NCBI RefSeq assembly: GCF_001194135.2
Contig: NC_068983.1
Span: forward strand, 152,548,422-152,612,421
Source: Octopus bimaculoides
Taxonomy: Eukaryota
Direction: 5' to 3'
Length of the DNA stretch: 64,000 bases
This document shows positions 38,690 to 52,025 of this stretch, in pieces. The notes under the pieces are model-generated. The model made no database searches. It worked only from the letters and a program-made list of their open reading frames with translations, and was not told the origin of the DNA. The position numbers and the translations under genes are program-made. The stretch's first letter is position 1; each line of letters begins with the position of its first letter.

Positions 38690-39229
38690 GTAGGCATAAT
38701 TGCCAGTCTCACTTATCGAAATAACATCAATATATTTGTCAAAATTACATGTAAATATTTTGAAATACTAAAGATTAAATTTATTCAATAAAATCACCAC
38801 AACCTCCAGACGACTTCAGAATCTCTTGCAACTCTTCCGGACAGTCTCCCAGTTTAAGATGGTGAATGCTACCATAATCTTTGCTTTCAGTTCATCTTTG
38901 GTGTTACAGGGACTTTTGTTGGTCTCTCTCGCTCAACTACGCCCTCCACATAGTAACCAAAGAAGTTGCAATCCGGGGAGTTACATGGCCAGATGTTAGG
39001 GGTGATGTGGTTGCAGAAATCTTTTCACATCTATGGCTGGGTTCTCCTGCTTGTGTGGCATGGAGCAGAGTCCTATTGTAGACATAGGCTTATCCTTCAG
39101 CCACCCACTTAAGCCAGGGCAGCACTACCTCCACCAGGTACTTGATGTAGGTCTCCGTGTTCAATCTGAGACCACGTGGGAAGGTGAATGGAGGCATAAC
39201 GTAGCGATCACTAGTGATCATTCCAAACA

Positions 39230-39232
<3 letters not shown>
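38690..39232 (-). mobile_element. Tc1/mariner-superfamily DD37D (maT-like) transposase 3' fragment
   Basis: MVFGMITSDRYVMPPFTFPRGLRLNTETYIKYLVEVVLPWLKWVA; frameshifted continuation corresponds to QQDxAPxH...WPPNSPDxNPLDY.VW and ends VVE..GDFIE*. Confidence 0.8.
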
Positions 39233-39266
<34 letters not shown>

Positions 39267-39408
39267 GCTTACTTCCCAACCATATAGTTCCAGATCCAGT
39301 TCCATAACGTGGCACACTGGAGAAATGTCTTGAACTATAGCCTCGGTCTGACCATGTCCTGTCAAACCACTGCTTGGCAAAACTAAAAGAACGCTGTTGT
39401 ATATATAA

Positions 39409-39442
<34 letters not shown>

Positions 39443-39984
39443 AAATATATATATGTAACTGCTTATTGGAATGAAATTGCACTTCATGTTAGAAGGTCGG
39501 CTGAAGCTACAGGCTGATGACCAAGCATTGGAACTGCCAGCACAATAGCAGTAAGATAATGAAGTTCGTGACATAATTCCTTTTGCTGTTCATATATATA
39601 TACATATGTACGGAGAGAGAGGGTGAGAAAGAGAAAGAGAGAGAGAGAGTGAGCGCGCGCGCGAAGGCAAAATATCATAGAAGTATGTAAGAAATGAATT
39701 TAGCAATTTGAGGAGGAAGAAGCCCCACCCACAATTAGAGTAAAATGATTTTATCTACATATATTTGTATAAGGGTGTGTACATGAAGAACCCCTATGAA
39801 AAGAAGTAAAAAGGACGTAAAAAGGAGAATCAAGAATATGCCTTAGGAATAGATACAGATCGAAAAAGACAGGATCCAAAACGATTTCAGAAAAAGCAGA
39901 AAAAAGAACCAAAAGAGAAAGTGAAACAGAAAAGTGTTTATGAAAATTAATAAAGCTTTCCTACATAAAGATCTGATATATATA

Positions 39985-40790
39985 TGGTCTATCTGGATGT
40001 TTTGTTGTCCTTTTCTTGTATCACCTGTCTGGATGTTTTGCGTTCTTGTCCCATTTTGTATTATGTATGTATATATGCGTACACTTTGTCTCTTATACGT
40101 AAGTATACATTTTTCTAAATCTTGTACGACTCTATTTCTATCTATCAGCCTCTTCACCCTTATTGGTTTATTCCATTCTTCTTTCTTACGTTCCTCCTCG
40201 GTCACATTTCCTTGCCTTCTCTTCTTGCTCACTTTCCCTCCACTTTTCACTTCACTGTGTCCCTGTCATTTTCTCGCCCCTCTTTAATTGTTTTGTGCCT
40301 CTGCCTCTTTCTCTTCTCTTCCCACGTGACCGGCGTTCGGCCAAGCCTGATCATTCTTTCTTGGCTGGCCATTATGCGTGCAACATCGATATTCCTCCCT
40401 GTGTCTGTGAAATATTGTATCCCTGCTGTAAGGCTTTATTTCCACACACGCCAGCTTAATTTAATTCGTCCTGTTGTTATGTCCTGTTATTATTTTATTG
40501 TATTTGTGTAACATTGTTCGTTTTTTTCCGTTCTTGTTTTGTATACATTGGCTGCTTTCTTCCAAGGAATCTAATGCTCTTAGTTTTTCCTTAGGGTGGC
40601 CAGATTGGAGCAATATCGGGAATAACCAGCCAAAATTGCAAAGATAATCCGGATCTCGACTGAGGAAAGAAAACTCCGAATGACCTGTCCTCGTTTTCCT
40701 TGTATCGTCTATCTGATGTTTTGTTGTCCCTTTCTTGTATCACCTAACTGTCTTGATGTTTTGCGTTGTTGTCCCATTTTGCATTATATA
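39985..40790 (+). mobile_element. Repeat unit bounded by ~80-bp direct repeats (39985-40065 and 40705-40790), possibly a PLE terminal repeat
   Basis: Direct repeats read directly. Degenerate hammerhead-like CTGAGGA...CCGAA..ACCTGTC at 40660-40689. Confidence 0.45.
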
Positions 40791-41959
40791 TATATATATA
40801 TATATATTTATACATGTGTGTATGTAAGTATGTGTGTATATATGTGCGTGCGTGTGTGTGTGTGTATACAATATATGCATATGAAAAAGAACACAACACT
40901 GGATTTCGCATTGATTAACTCCATATTTTCGCAATATATTTACAGCTTATAGGAAGATAACATAGCATATTGCTGAAATGAGGACTGCTGGCCATGCGTA
41001 TATTTCTACACAAATATCTAGACATCAAACGCACTGTAAATACATAAATATAAACGCACACACTAAACAATACATCTGACACATGCTTCGTGTTTTGAAT
41101 TCTAACTAAATATATCGTTAAATACAATAGTGAATCTAAAACATTCTAAATGATAAGGAATTTCAAGCTGTGAATAATTTCAAATTCAATCACGACTAAT
41201 ATTTTTCAAACTTTCAAAGAACATTAGTATTTATTTAAATTTATAACAGTAAATGTGTTGCATTGTCGAGGCTGAAATTTTATGACATCGTCACACAATT
41301 CTCGAATATATCCTTTGTGTAACAAAAAGTTGCATTATGCATAAGTAGAATCTAATTCTAAAAGTGATGGTTTTACATAGACTGGAATATCCACGTTTGC
41401 ATCAACTTGGTGAGTTGCAGACACTTAACGAACTCACCAAAAGTATTGTCAAGCATAAATGGACTTGTGTAAATGAAATATACGAATCAGGCTAGAAAGT
41501 TTGTTCTCAACAAAAGCGCAAATGTAAACATACAAAATAGTAAAAACAAGCTGTAATATTATAGCAGCTGGTATTAGACTCAAGCGAATGTGTTCAATGG
41601 CCGTCAGGTTTTCAAAAGTTGGCTGAATGTAGAAAAAAATAGCACATTCTTTTTAACTCATTACAAGTGATTTGAATTGAAACAATGAAAGAGGCACGAA
41701 ATTTGGACAATAATTTCAGGCATTTTTTAATATGGAGAAAGCCTTCCTAGCACTAATTCAATATATCTGATAAAACAAAGGCGTAACACATCTAAAATGC
41801 ACCCTGTCAAAGGTAAATGCATGATGATTATCTACTGATGCCTAAGTTAGCAAAAACTTTGATAACTTATCTAAAACGAATGAAACAAAACATGCAAAAT
41901 ACAAGCAAATATCTGCAACCATATAATATTTATACACGTACTGAGAACAATATCCTTAC

Positions 41960-42115
41960 TGCTAAAGGCACAAGGCCTGAAATTCTGGGAAAGAAGATTA
42001 GTGATCCCATCGACCCAGTGTTTCACTGATACTTAATTTATTGACCCCGAAAGGATGAAAGACAAATTCGACCTCGGCCGAGTTTGAAATCAGAACGTAA
42101 TGACGGATGAAATGT
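41960..42115 (-). mobile_element. SINE family C, 5'-truncated
   Basis: TTTATTGACCCCGAAAGGATGAAAGACAAATTCGACCTCGGC matches the family C core. Confidence 0.75.
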
Positions 42116-42889
42116 CTGAAAACAAATTTGTACTCTTTATCGTCGAACTTTTGATAACAGTATAAGATTGTAAATGAGCCGTATGTTAGAAGTGTGAATA
42201 TGCCTGCTAACTGCCCTTCTTATCAAAAAAATTAAAATATTGTGTTGGTTGCCTTACTTCTCTATTGCAGAATCACCTTGCAAACAACAGCATTATAACA
42301 TCTCAGAAGACTTGGGAAAAGTGGAAATATAGAGATGTGGAGATAAACTACATATTTTCAAAATGACATAAGAACGTGGCTCTCACAGGGAAGCTTCAGA
42401 ATTACGGAAGTGTTAACTGCAACATTATTCTTTTCATAACAACGAAAAATGCGAATAACATCTTCATGTTTTGCAGCTGTTCTCCATCGTGAGTGCAAGA
42501 TCGTAGAGTAGAGTAATTTCTTAACTTTTTCGAATCCCAAGGTGAGAGGCTTTCTTCTCTGTGTAAGAAAAAAAAAACCTGTTTATTTCTTAATTCTCAG
42601 ATCAATAGAGACACACATCTAAAAGTGGAGAAAACTCGAGAATTTGTCAAAATTCAAATAAATTTGTTTTTGTATATCTTGGTTATTCATTTCCGACAGT
42701 AATACACACACACACACAAAGAATAAGATCGAAAGAGCNNNNNNNNNNNNNNNNNNNNNNNNNNNNNNNNNNNNNNNNNNNNNNNNNNNNNNNNNNNNNN
42801 NNNNNNNNNNNNNNNNNNNNNNNNNNNNNNNNNNNNNNNNNNNNNNNNNNNNNNNNNNNNNNNNNNNNNNNNNNNNNNNNNNNNNNNNN

Positions 42890-42956
<67 letters not shown>

Positions 42957-43650
42957 ATAGCATTAGACAAAGGAGATGTTTGGAATACAAGCATCATAAT
43001 GAATGCTGTACCTGCAACTGACTACGTCTATCAGCTGCAAACCGTAGTATTTTTTAATACAGGCCTTTACAGATCACGACAACAGAAATTTCGGTCATTG
43101 GGGTTTCATTCTCTACAGGCGACTGTAGAGATCATTTATTGCTTTGGCTACGCTTTTGTTCGTTTGAAAATTCTATGAGCAACCTCCTTGTAATAGTCTT
43201 TTGGTCTGTAGAATATTTCAAGATGCAAATTTTTTCCCCCTTTTAAAGACCAGAAAAATTCATGCATCAAGTGTATCAACTGATCTTCTGGTAAATGAAA
43301 AAATCCCTGGAGAAGAGTTAACTTGACATTGAATTAGTTTAGTAATTTATCTTAAGACTAGAATTTTGCGTGCGTAACGAAAGAAACCATTCGAATCAAT
43401 TTTATCCGCTCGACACAAATTTTGTTGTTTGTTACTCCGCCTCATTGGTGCCTTTACTGTATCTCTAATGTCATTTAATTTAATATTTCTCAGCGGCCTT
43501 TGTGTGCATGTCGAATAGATGAGTGAGTTTTATAGGAATATACAAACGTTTCCTCAAGAGGTTTTACCAGTCTGGATACAGAATGATATGTTATTTTAAT
43601 TGAATGCTTACGAGAAGTAAGTTGACAATTTTCAATATTTCTTTATAGAA

Positions 43651-43853
43651 AGGCGGCACTCTGGCAGAATCATTACTGCGCTGGACAAAAGGCTTAGCGT
43701 AATTTCTTCCGACTTTACATTTTGAGTACAACTGCTGCCGAGATCGACTTTGCTTCTCTTCTTTCGAGGTGAAGAAAATAAGTACTAAATCTCCACTGGG
43801 GCCAATGTAATCGGCTCCCACAAAATTGCCGGCCTTGTGGCAAAATTTGAAAC
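43651..43853 (+). mobile_element. SINE family C, degenerate, with near-perfect TSD
   Basis: CAATATTTCTTTATAGA at 43633 and CAATATTTTTTATAGA at 43854 flank the family C modules. Confidence 0.75.
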
Positions 43854-44351
43854 CAATATTTTTTATAGAGAACTTCTCAAGTTATGGTATTCAATATTGT
43901 TAGCCTAATATATGCCTCAATACTTCTCATTCGACTTTGCGTAAAATATACAATTTTATACATTGCAAGTTTAGATTGTTATGCCATTAACATTACTCAA
44001 AACGGGAAGCCCCATAAAAACTGGAAGACGCAGTGTCTCCAATTTTATTTATTTTTAACAGTGACTAAGTGGAATGCAAAGCGTTTTGCTTGTTAGCCAT
44101 TAGTTCTAGATAGGCTTGATCGAGGAAATTTATGATCAAAGAAATTCCAATTGGGGTAATTCCAGCTTTCCCGTGAGTTTATTGAATTCAGGAGATATGA
44201 ATCAATATACCACTGTTTTGAAAGACAGTACATTGTAATTTGAAGCAAATTTAACTATTCTGGCTAGTAAGTGGCACGAACACAGAAATATCCATACTGG
44301 AAAAAAAAATGATAAGTGACGTTTATTACTGAAAATAATTCTGTTCAGAAT

Positions 44352-44503
44352 TGTATTTATATATTTCGGGGAGACGAACCCTTCTTCAGGATATTCGGAA
44401 AAGTGGTGGTCGGAAAAACTTTGCTGCTCAGAAGCAACTTCTGAGCAACAAATTTTACGAATGTCCTGAAGAATAGGTCTTCAACACGAAATATATAAAT
44501 ACA
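44352..44503. repeat. Imperfect ~150-bp palindrome carrying two hammerhead-like motifs in inverted orientation
   Basis: Perfect 17-bp outer arms (44352-44368 and 44487-44503), CCTGAAGAA in both arms, and a 10-bp central stem (44425-44447). Confidence 0.8.
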
Positions 44504-45054
44504 TGTTAGACCGCAACTTTGTTCTGTTTCAATTTGTAGTTTACTTTGTACCTTCTCGCATTGTTCCGGCTTTACACAACTACATTCTTTAAATTATACT
44601 TCACAATGTTTCACAAACACTACCTCATCATATATGTGTATATNNNNNNNNNNNNNNNNNNNNNNNNNNNNNNNNNNNNNNNNNNNNNNNNNNNNNNNNN
44701 NNNNNNNNNNNNNNNNNNNNNNNNNNNNNNNNNNNNNNNNNNNNNNNNNNNNNNNNNNNNNNNNAAATAGATATATAACGTTGTTAACCATTAAATTTTC
44801 TTTTACCGACACTATGCCTCTAGCTGTCTTTCCTATTCCCTCACTCACTGTTACGAACAATATAGTACATATATACATAAATCCGTGTCCCTCGCTCCGT
44901 CTTTCTGTGTGTTTCTTTTTTTCAGCTTAACGCGTTTCTTACTGTAATATTTTAATATATTTACACTCATGTACACAAAGAACATAAACAATTATACCAA
45001 CTTTCTAAAGGGCGTCAGTCATAAATGTTAAAAAGAAGTAATAACAATAATGAA

Positions 45055-45100
<46 letters not shown>

Positions 45101-46490
45101 GTGATGATGATAGAATAACGATAAAAATAAAAATATATACGCCCGAAAGAACTGTTGCATACACAGAGCAAATTATATACCGGTTCTGGGTGTTGTATTC
45201 ATTTATTATTTTTTAAGTATTCTGGGGACGATTATTTTGGGCCGTTAAAATTGATAATTAGACATTAAAATCTAATGACTTTATTTTTTGTCTTACTTTT
45301 TATTATTATTTAAACAAACGGATTATATTTTAGCTTGAAATTTTCTTGTTTATATATATTTTAAACATTTTCAATGTAATACTTTTCTGTTTAAATATTG
45401 TTATTTTTTTGTTAAAATATTATTAGCCTTATAATTATTATCTCCATCAAGTTTTGTTTACTTACTTTTTCATTGTTCTTTGTTAAAATTCTAGAAAATG
45501 TAAAAATGTATATTTTATTTGAAAGCAAAGACGATAAGAAAATATTTTTAAAATTCCATAACACATAAAAAATAATATAAATATATGATAAAATAGACAT
45601 TAAAAATGTATATAACGATTTTAAAAAATTACAAAACATGAAAATAAATATAAAATTTTTTCTCCTATTAAAATAGAAACACTTTTTTAAATGTTGTTTC
45701 GCATCGTTTTCATTCAGTTTTTTGAGCCCTTACAGCCAGTCAAGAAAATTATCTTTATATTGATATTGTTATTTCTATTATTACTCTTATTAAAATGGCG
45801 ATGGATTATTATAGTTATAATTATTTTTTATCAGTATCATCGGCATTATCATTATCTTTATACATATAACCATCGACGTTATCATCACTACCATTATTAT
45901 CTTTATTACAATCACAGTCTTGATAATCTTCATCATCTTCATTACCATCATAAATATCACTATCATCACCATCATCATTCTCATTATTCCACCATTGATT
46001 TTTCTTTTCAGTTTTATATTTAAAAATTTTTCATTTTAACCTTCTATATTTTTCGGAAGGAAGTGAAAGAAATTTATGAATCGAATTTAAGAAGCGTTTT
46101 GTTTCTTTTTTATTATATCTAATGCAATTACTAATTTCATTAGAAGTTTTCTAGCAAATAATATATTCCTAAAATAAACTGTAAAAATATATAGTCAAAG
46201 AAAATTAAAATCAACAACAACACTTTTTTAAACTACCCATTGAAGTCACTCAATTAGAACAAGACAAAATGGCCTTGTTAAGGTAATTACAAGAGTCTCA
46301 GTACTTAAGCGTTCAAAATTCAGCTCACTCGACGACGAAAATTAATGTTTTAATAGGAACACAACCAACAAAGTTGAAGCCAACTATGAAAGGAGATAAA
46401 AGCTGAACATTGAAATATTAATTTACTATTATATACTCTCCTAAATACCAAACGAAACCATTTGAAAAGATATTTCCGGAGTGTTCCTAG

Positions 46491-46633
46491 GGGTGGCTGT
46501 GTGGTAAGTAGCTTGCTTACGAACCACATGGTTCCACTGCCTGGCACCTTGGGCTTCTACTATACCCGACCAAAGCCTTGTGAGTGGATTTGGTAGATAG
46601 AAACTGAAAGAAGCCCATTGTATATATATATAT

Positions 46634-46684
<51 letters not shown>

Positions 46685-47230
46685 NNNNNNNNNNNNNNNN
46701 NNNNNNNNNNNNNNNNNNNNNNNNNNNNNNNNNNNNNNNNNNNNNNNNNNNNNNNNNNNNNNNNNNNNNNNNNNNNNNNNNNNNNNNNNNNNNNNNNNNN
46801 NNNNNNNNNNNNNNNNNNNNNNNNNNNNNNNNNNNNNNNNNNNNNNNNNNNNNNNNNNNNNNNNNNNNNNNNNNNNNNNNNNNNNNNNNNNNNNNNNNNN
46901 NNNNNNNNNNNNNNNNNNNNNNNNNNNNNNNNNNNNNNNNNNNNNNNNNNNNNNNNNNNNNNNNNNNNNNNNNNNNNNNNNNNNNNNNNNNNNNNNNNNN
47001 NNNNNNNNNNNNNNNNNNNNNNNNNNNNNNNNNNNNNNNNNNNNNNNNNNNNNNNNNNNNNNNNNNNNNNNNNNNNNNNNNNNNNNNNNNNNNNNNNNNN
47101 NNNNNNNNNNNNNNNNNNNNNNNNNNNNNNNNNNNNNNNNNNNNNNNNNNNNNNNNNNNNNNNNNNNNNNNNNNNNNNNNNNNNNNNNNNNNNNNNNNNN
47201 NNNNNNNNNNNNNNNNNNNNNNNNNNNNNN

Positions 47231-47261
<31 letters not shown>

Positions 47262-47353
47262 ATGTGTTTGTGTGTGTGTGTTTTCTCCCCAACATCGCAT
47301 GACAATCGATGCTGGTGCGTTTACCTCCTCGTAACTTAGCGGTTCGGCAAAAA
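46491..47353 (+). mobile_element. SINE family A spanning an N gap in its internal microsatellite
   Basis: Head and core at 46491-46620; post-microsatellite module at about 47270-47353. Confidence 0.85.
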
Positions 47354-48515
47354 TGACCATCTCACCTGCTTTTGAGATAGAATGTATCTGTTTATCCTTT
47401 TTTCTTTACAAAATGGGTAGTGTTTGATATGGAGATTTGGCTTCTATTATTGTCAGGTTGATTGCATAAAAGAATAAATTTTAAATTCTAATTGTTGATT
47501 CGCCTAAATGCATGTCTGAATCTACTGATATGTATGCATGTATGTATGCATGTATGTACGTACGTAGTTACGTACATACGTATGTATGTATACACATACT
47601 CACACACATATAGGTACGTGAGTGTGTGTATATATACCTATATATGTGTATGTGTGTGTGTGTGTGTGTGTGCGTGCGTGCTTGTATTCATAGAAATAGA
47701 GACGTTCATATACAGTTTTTAGTGTAACAATGTAACAAACGAATTAAAATATCTTTTAATTGGCCACACTTGGCTACACTGAATTGGTTACACTGAATTG
47801 GCTATTTGCCATGGCGTATATTAACTATATTATTATTTAATGTTTTTAGATAGACATAAGGACTATCCGTATGGTAAATTTTGGATGCAGTCTAGGTTGT
47901 CTGTAGGCGGCCAATTTGCACAGTCTTCAGAACGTACAGTAAGTTACTTTGACATAATCGTACCAATACCCGCTTTCCGAGTTTAAACCTGTCTCTGTTT
48001 TTTTTCTGGGAAGACTGGATTGTGATCAGATCTGGAGAGGAAAGGACATCACGCAATTTAACAATGACAGTGACATGCTGTATGTTAGGGTGCCGTTCCA
48101 TGAAGGCAAGACAAGAATATCTGTATATGTGGCCACGATACTATCCCAGCTTCTTCATAATTGCTCTCGCTACAATATTCATTTCTTTGAAAGATTTTCA
48201 AGCTATGAAGGGGAAAGACAATCATTGTGATGCTGCTTTATACAAAAGAAATGCTCAATTATTAAAAAGCCCAGAACTTGTAGTGGTGTTGAAGCTTTTA
48301 GTGTAAATGCTAATATTTGTAATTTGATTTAAGCAAGATTCAATCTATAAGTAAATAGCGCTTCTATGGAGATGAGTTCGTGTGTGGCACGATTCATTTT
48401 CATTGTGTGTGTGTATGTATTACATAATACAAAAGAGCGTGTTACGTAATTTCATGTTAAATTTTGTTACCAATCAGAATGTAATTCCATCACCACTTCC
48501 TCCTCTCCTTCATTT

Positions 48516-48517
<2 letters not shown>

Positions 48518-48576
<59 letters not shown>

Positions 48577-48615
48577 GCTGCTGCTGCTAGTACTACAATT
48601 ACGATTACTACTACT
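48518..48615 (+). repeat. (TAC)n microsatellite
   Basis: Read directly. Confidence 0.95.
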
Positions 48616-49669
48616 AAAAATTTAATATAACAGACAACTGATTTCAAAGAAAAATTACATTGAGACAAACATCCATATATGGGTACACATATATACATAT
48701 ATAAACATACACATTCGCTCATATGCACATATACACACATAAAAATGAAAAATATTCATAAAAAGAACAAGGCTAATTGAGCAGAGGATATTAGAGAACA
48801 TAAGCAAACAAATGAAATTTTATTAGAAATATGAGAAAACTTCAACGTCGGCTCCATTGGTTTCACGTAACCTGCTGAGTTATCCTTATTTCTCTCCAGA
48901 ATATTTCGGATTTTAACGGTAATTTAGAGACACTGTGTATATATATATAAAATATGATATACGTAAACAAGCGAATGCGTACACACACGCGCACACATAT
49001 TTATTTATATTTACACGTGTATATATACATTCACACAAGCATATATACATACATAGACAGTTTTGATACTTATCTCCATTTTGGATGAGAGGTTACATGA
49101 TGTTACACGAGACTGAACGGAATTTCGAAATTACTACACAGATCAAGGGAAGTAACTTGTAAGAATACCTTTACTGTTATCTCCTTGAAGATTTCTGTTT
49201 TCCTTCTAGTGGTCGGTGCATTTATTTTGAAATCTTAGTCACTCTCATGTAACGTCGTATATTTTCATCCAAAATGCAGATGATCAGCAATACTTTCACA
49301 TGACTCGTTGAACAACTGTAAAAATATGTTCAGAAGAATCCATTGGTTGCATTGTTAACCCACAAATAAAATAAAGAATATTTAAACACAAAGCGGTGTT
49401 GTGGACTCATTCTTCCTTAACTTCCTGAAGGTCTGTCTCAAAAATATATTTCTGTATAAGAATAAACTTGTACTCTACAAAACTATATATTAACGCCAAA
49501 AATTAATGCAAACTTGTTTTCCATGATACTAAACAAAAACAAACATGAACTCATTTGAAAATTCTTTCTTTGCTTCTTTTCGATGTGTGTGTGCATGCGC
49601 GTGTGTATATATGTATACATATATATAAATAGATGTAATCATGTATGTATATGTGATGATGTATATCTA

Positions 49670-50893
49670 TTGGGTCACCCCATAAATTATGCGTGTTTTG
49701 TTTCAAAATTATATTTTATAAATATAAACTACTCTCTCTTTCATTTTCTATAATGAACTTCCATCTATCTGGTAGACTTGCAAGGCCCCTATTCCAAAAT
49801 TCCTTTCTCCGTGACGAAAAATACTCCTCCATTACTGTTCTGACCCCGTCTACAGAATTCATATTGCTTCTGGCCAACTGATTTTGAGGATTGTGGAATA
49901 AATGACAATCAGATGGAGCAATGTCCAGCGAATATGGTGAGTTGGGCTTAGTTTCCCATAAAACTGTTCCAGCCTTTGGAATGTCATCCTCGCTCCATGA
50001 GCATTATTCTGATGAATTAACACTTTTCGTCTTCAAACCAAATACATTCGTTTTTCTTCTGCGCAAGTTGCTCAAGCTGCTCGCAGTGGATCTTTGTTAT
50101 CGTTTGGTTTGGGCTTAAAACTTTGAAGTGGACTAAAGCTTTCATATCTTACCACACATATAACAACAACTTACCTGGGTGAAGACCTCCTTTTGCCTGG
50201 GATATCGGTGTTTGTCCTTTCTCTATCCACTGTCTTCGGCGCTTGACATTTTTATAGAGAACACCTTTCTCGTCACCAGTCACTATTCATGAGATATGAC
50301 AGCAAAGAAGAGCACACATTCACTCTCTGCGCGCGATTAGACTCGGATACTTTGTGAGCAACCCATTGACCCAATTTTCTGCCTTTACAGATGACACGCA
50401 GGTGTCGATGAATAGTTGGATTTCCAAACCCAAGCTTCTCTACTAGCTCCTCAACAGTTACGATGGAATTTTATTCCACCAGTGTTTGCAGGACGTCCTC
50501 GTCGAGCTCTACGTATCTTCCAGGACGAGATTCGTCTTCTAGGCTGTAGTTTCCGACTCGGAATTTCAGGAACCACAGTCGACACTGGTTTACGCTTATT
50601 GCCCGATCCCCCATATACTGCATTAATATTCCTCGTACGTTCTGTTGCTTTCTTGCCTTTATTGAACTCGTAAAGCAAAATATGCCGAATATGCTCCTTT
50701 GTCACTTCCATTATAGCTTTGAAAGAATAGCTGTTAAAATCGAACTGCACTCTTCAAAACGTGCACTAAAAATAAAACAAGGTAAAATTACTACCTGCTT
50801 TTATAACAAGTCGAAGCAGGTAGCTTATCTCGTCCTCCTCCGACTCGTAGTACATGCAATTGAAGAAACTGCATTATTTATGGGATGACCCAA
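49670..50893 (-). mobile_element. Full-length decayed mariner transposon with TIRs
   Basis: TIRs TTGGGTCACCCCATAAATTATGC (preceded by TA at 49668) and GCATTATTTATGGGATGACCCAA (ends 50893). Transposase fragments MEVTKEHIRHILLYEFNKG, IVTGDEKGVLYKNVKRRRQW and GGLHP. Confidence 0.92.
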
Positions 50894-50898
50894 CACAT

Positions 50899-50954
<56 letters not shown>

Positions 50955-51814
50955 GTAAGCTATAAGTAGTCGACTGACACTTATGCATAAATATACCTAT
51001 TTATGTATAGATATGTAAAGTGTTGAGAAGAACAAAGGATTAGGCTTCTGCACAATCAGTATGAATGATGATTCGTAATCAGGACATTTAAAGAATATAG
51101 CATCATTGCAGGAGGAGATATAATCAAATAGTTGATGGTATTTTGGGGAGAGCAATGAACAATTCAGATGTGTTTTCCGTTCTAAGAGAATGAGATGCTG
51201 AGTCAGAGATACCGGAATTGCTAAAGTCCTGATGAGATATGTGAGAGAAAGTGAGAGTCTCCAGGTGCAGAATCATTGTATGACAAACATAAATAAAGAA
51301 TGTATCATGGACAACTGAAATGGTTTGTAGAAGCGGATTGACAAATGTACACCTCAGAGAGAAACAGGATGTGTGCTTTTCGCATGAGATGATGTATGCG
51401 ATCTCGTTTGTAGAGAAACGATTGGATGTCTGCAGAGAAGAGGTAGAAATTGTTTAACCCATTACCTACCAGTGATCTCATATAAAATCACTTAAAAATT
51501 ATAAATTTCGTAATTATCTGTCAATATTTACACATATCTAACCTTTTTGCTATATCTACTAGGTATATTTCTCTGATATTCAAATGAGGTTTGCTAATTT
51601 TTCACCCAATTTATCGCATATTTCTATTTAAATTGTTATTTTGAAAAGTTAGTTTGAAATGTTATTTTGATCATTCCAGCGTGTTTCTAAGGCTGTTTTA
51701 TGCTAGAAATCAAAGTTTCATAAAAAAATTCCAGTTAATAGAATTATGGGAGGTTATGGGTTAAGCGTTTGGATAAATGTCTTGTCAGAGTGAACTTGAT
51801 ACATATGAATATTA

Positions 51815-52025
51815 GGGTAGGTTCAGTAAGCGAGTTGCCACAACCGTTAACATGCCACACGAAATGCCTAAACGGAATTTTGTTCGTGTGTACGTTCTGA
51901 ATTCAAATACTGCCTGCTGAGTTGTACTTTGCTTTTTATCCCTTCGTGGTCGATCAAATTAGGACCAGTCGAGCATTGAGTCCCATGTAATCAACGTACC
52001 CGCCACTCAAATTTTCTGGCCCAAA
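51815..52025 (+). mobile_element. Old, degenerate SINE family C
   Basis: ACGTTCTGAATTCAAAT...ACTTTGCTTTTTATCCCTTCGTGGTCGATCAAATTAGGACCAG. Confidence 0.6.

Noticed and set aside
50172-50180. Strong minus-strand donor CAG|GTAAGT
   Set aside because: It lies inside the mariner transposase (GLHP motif); coincidental.
51228-51265. CTGATGA...GAAA...GTC motif
   Set aside because: Stems II and III do not pair. The surrounding LINE-like LFADDV resemblance is also too weak to call.
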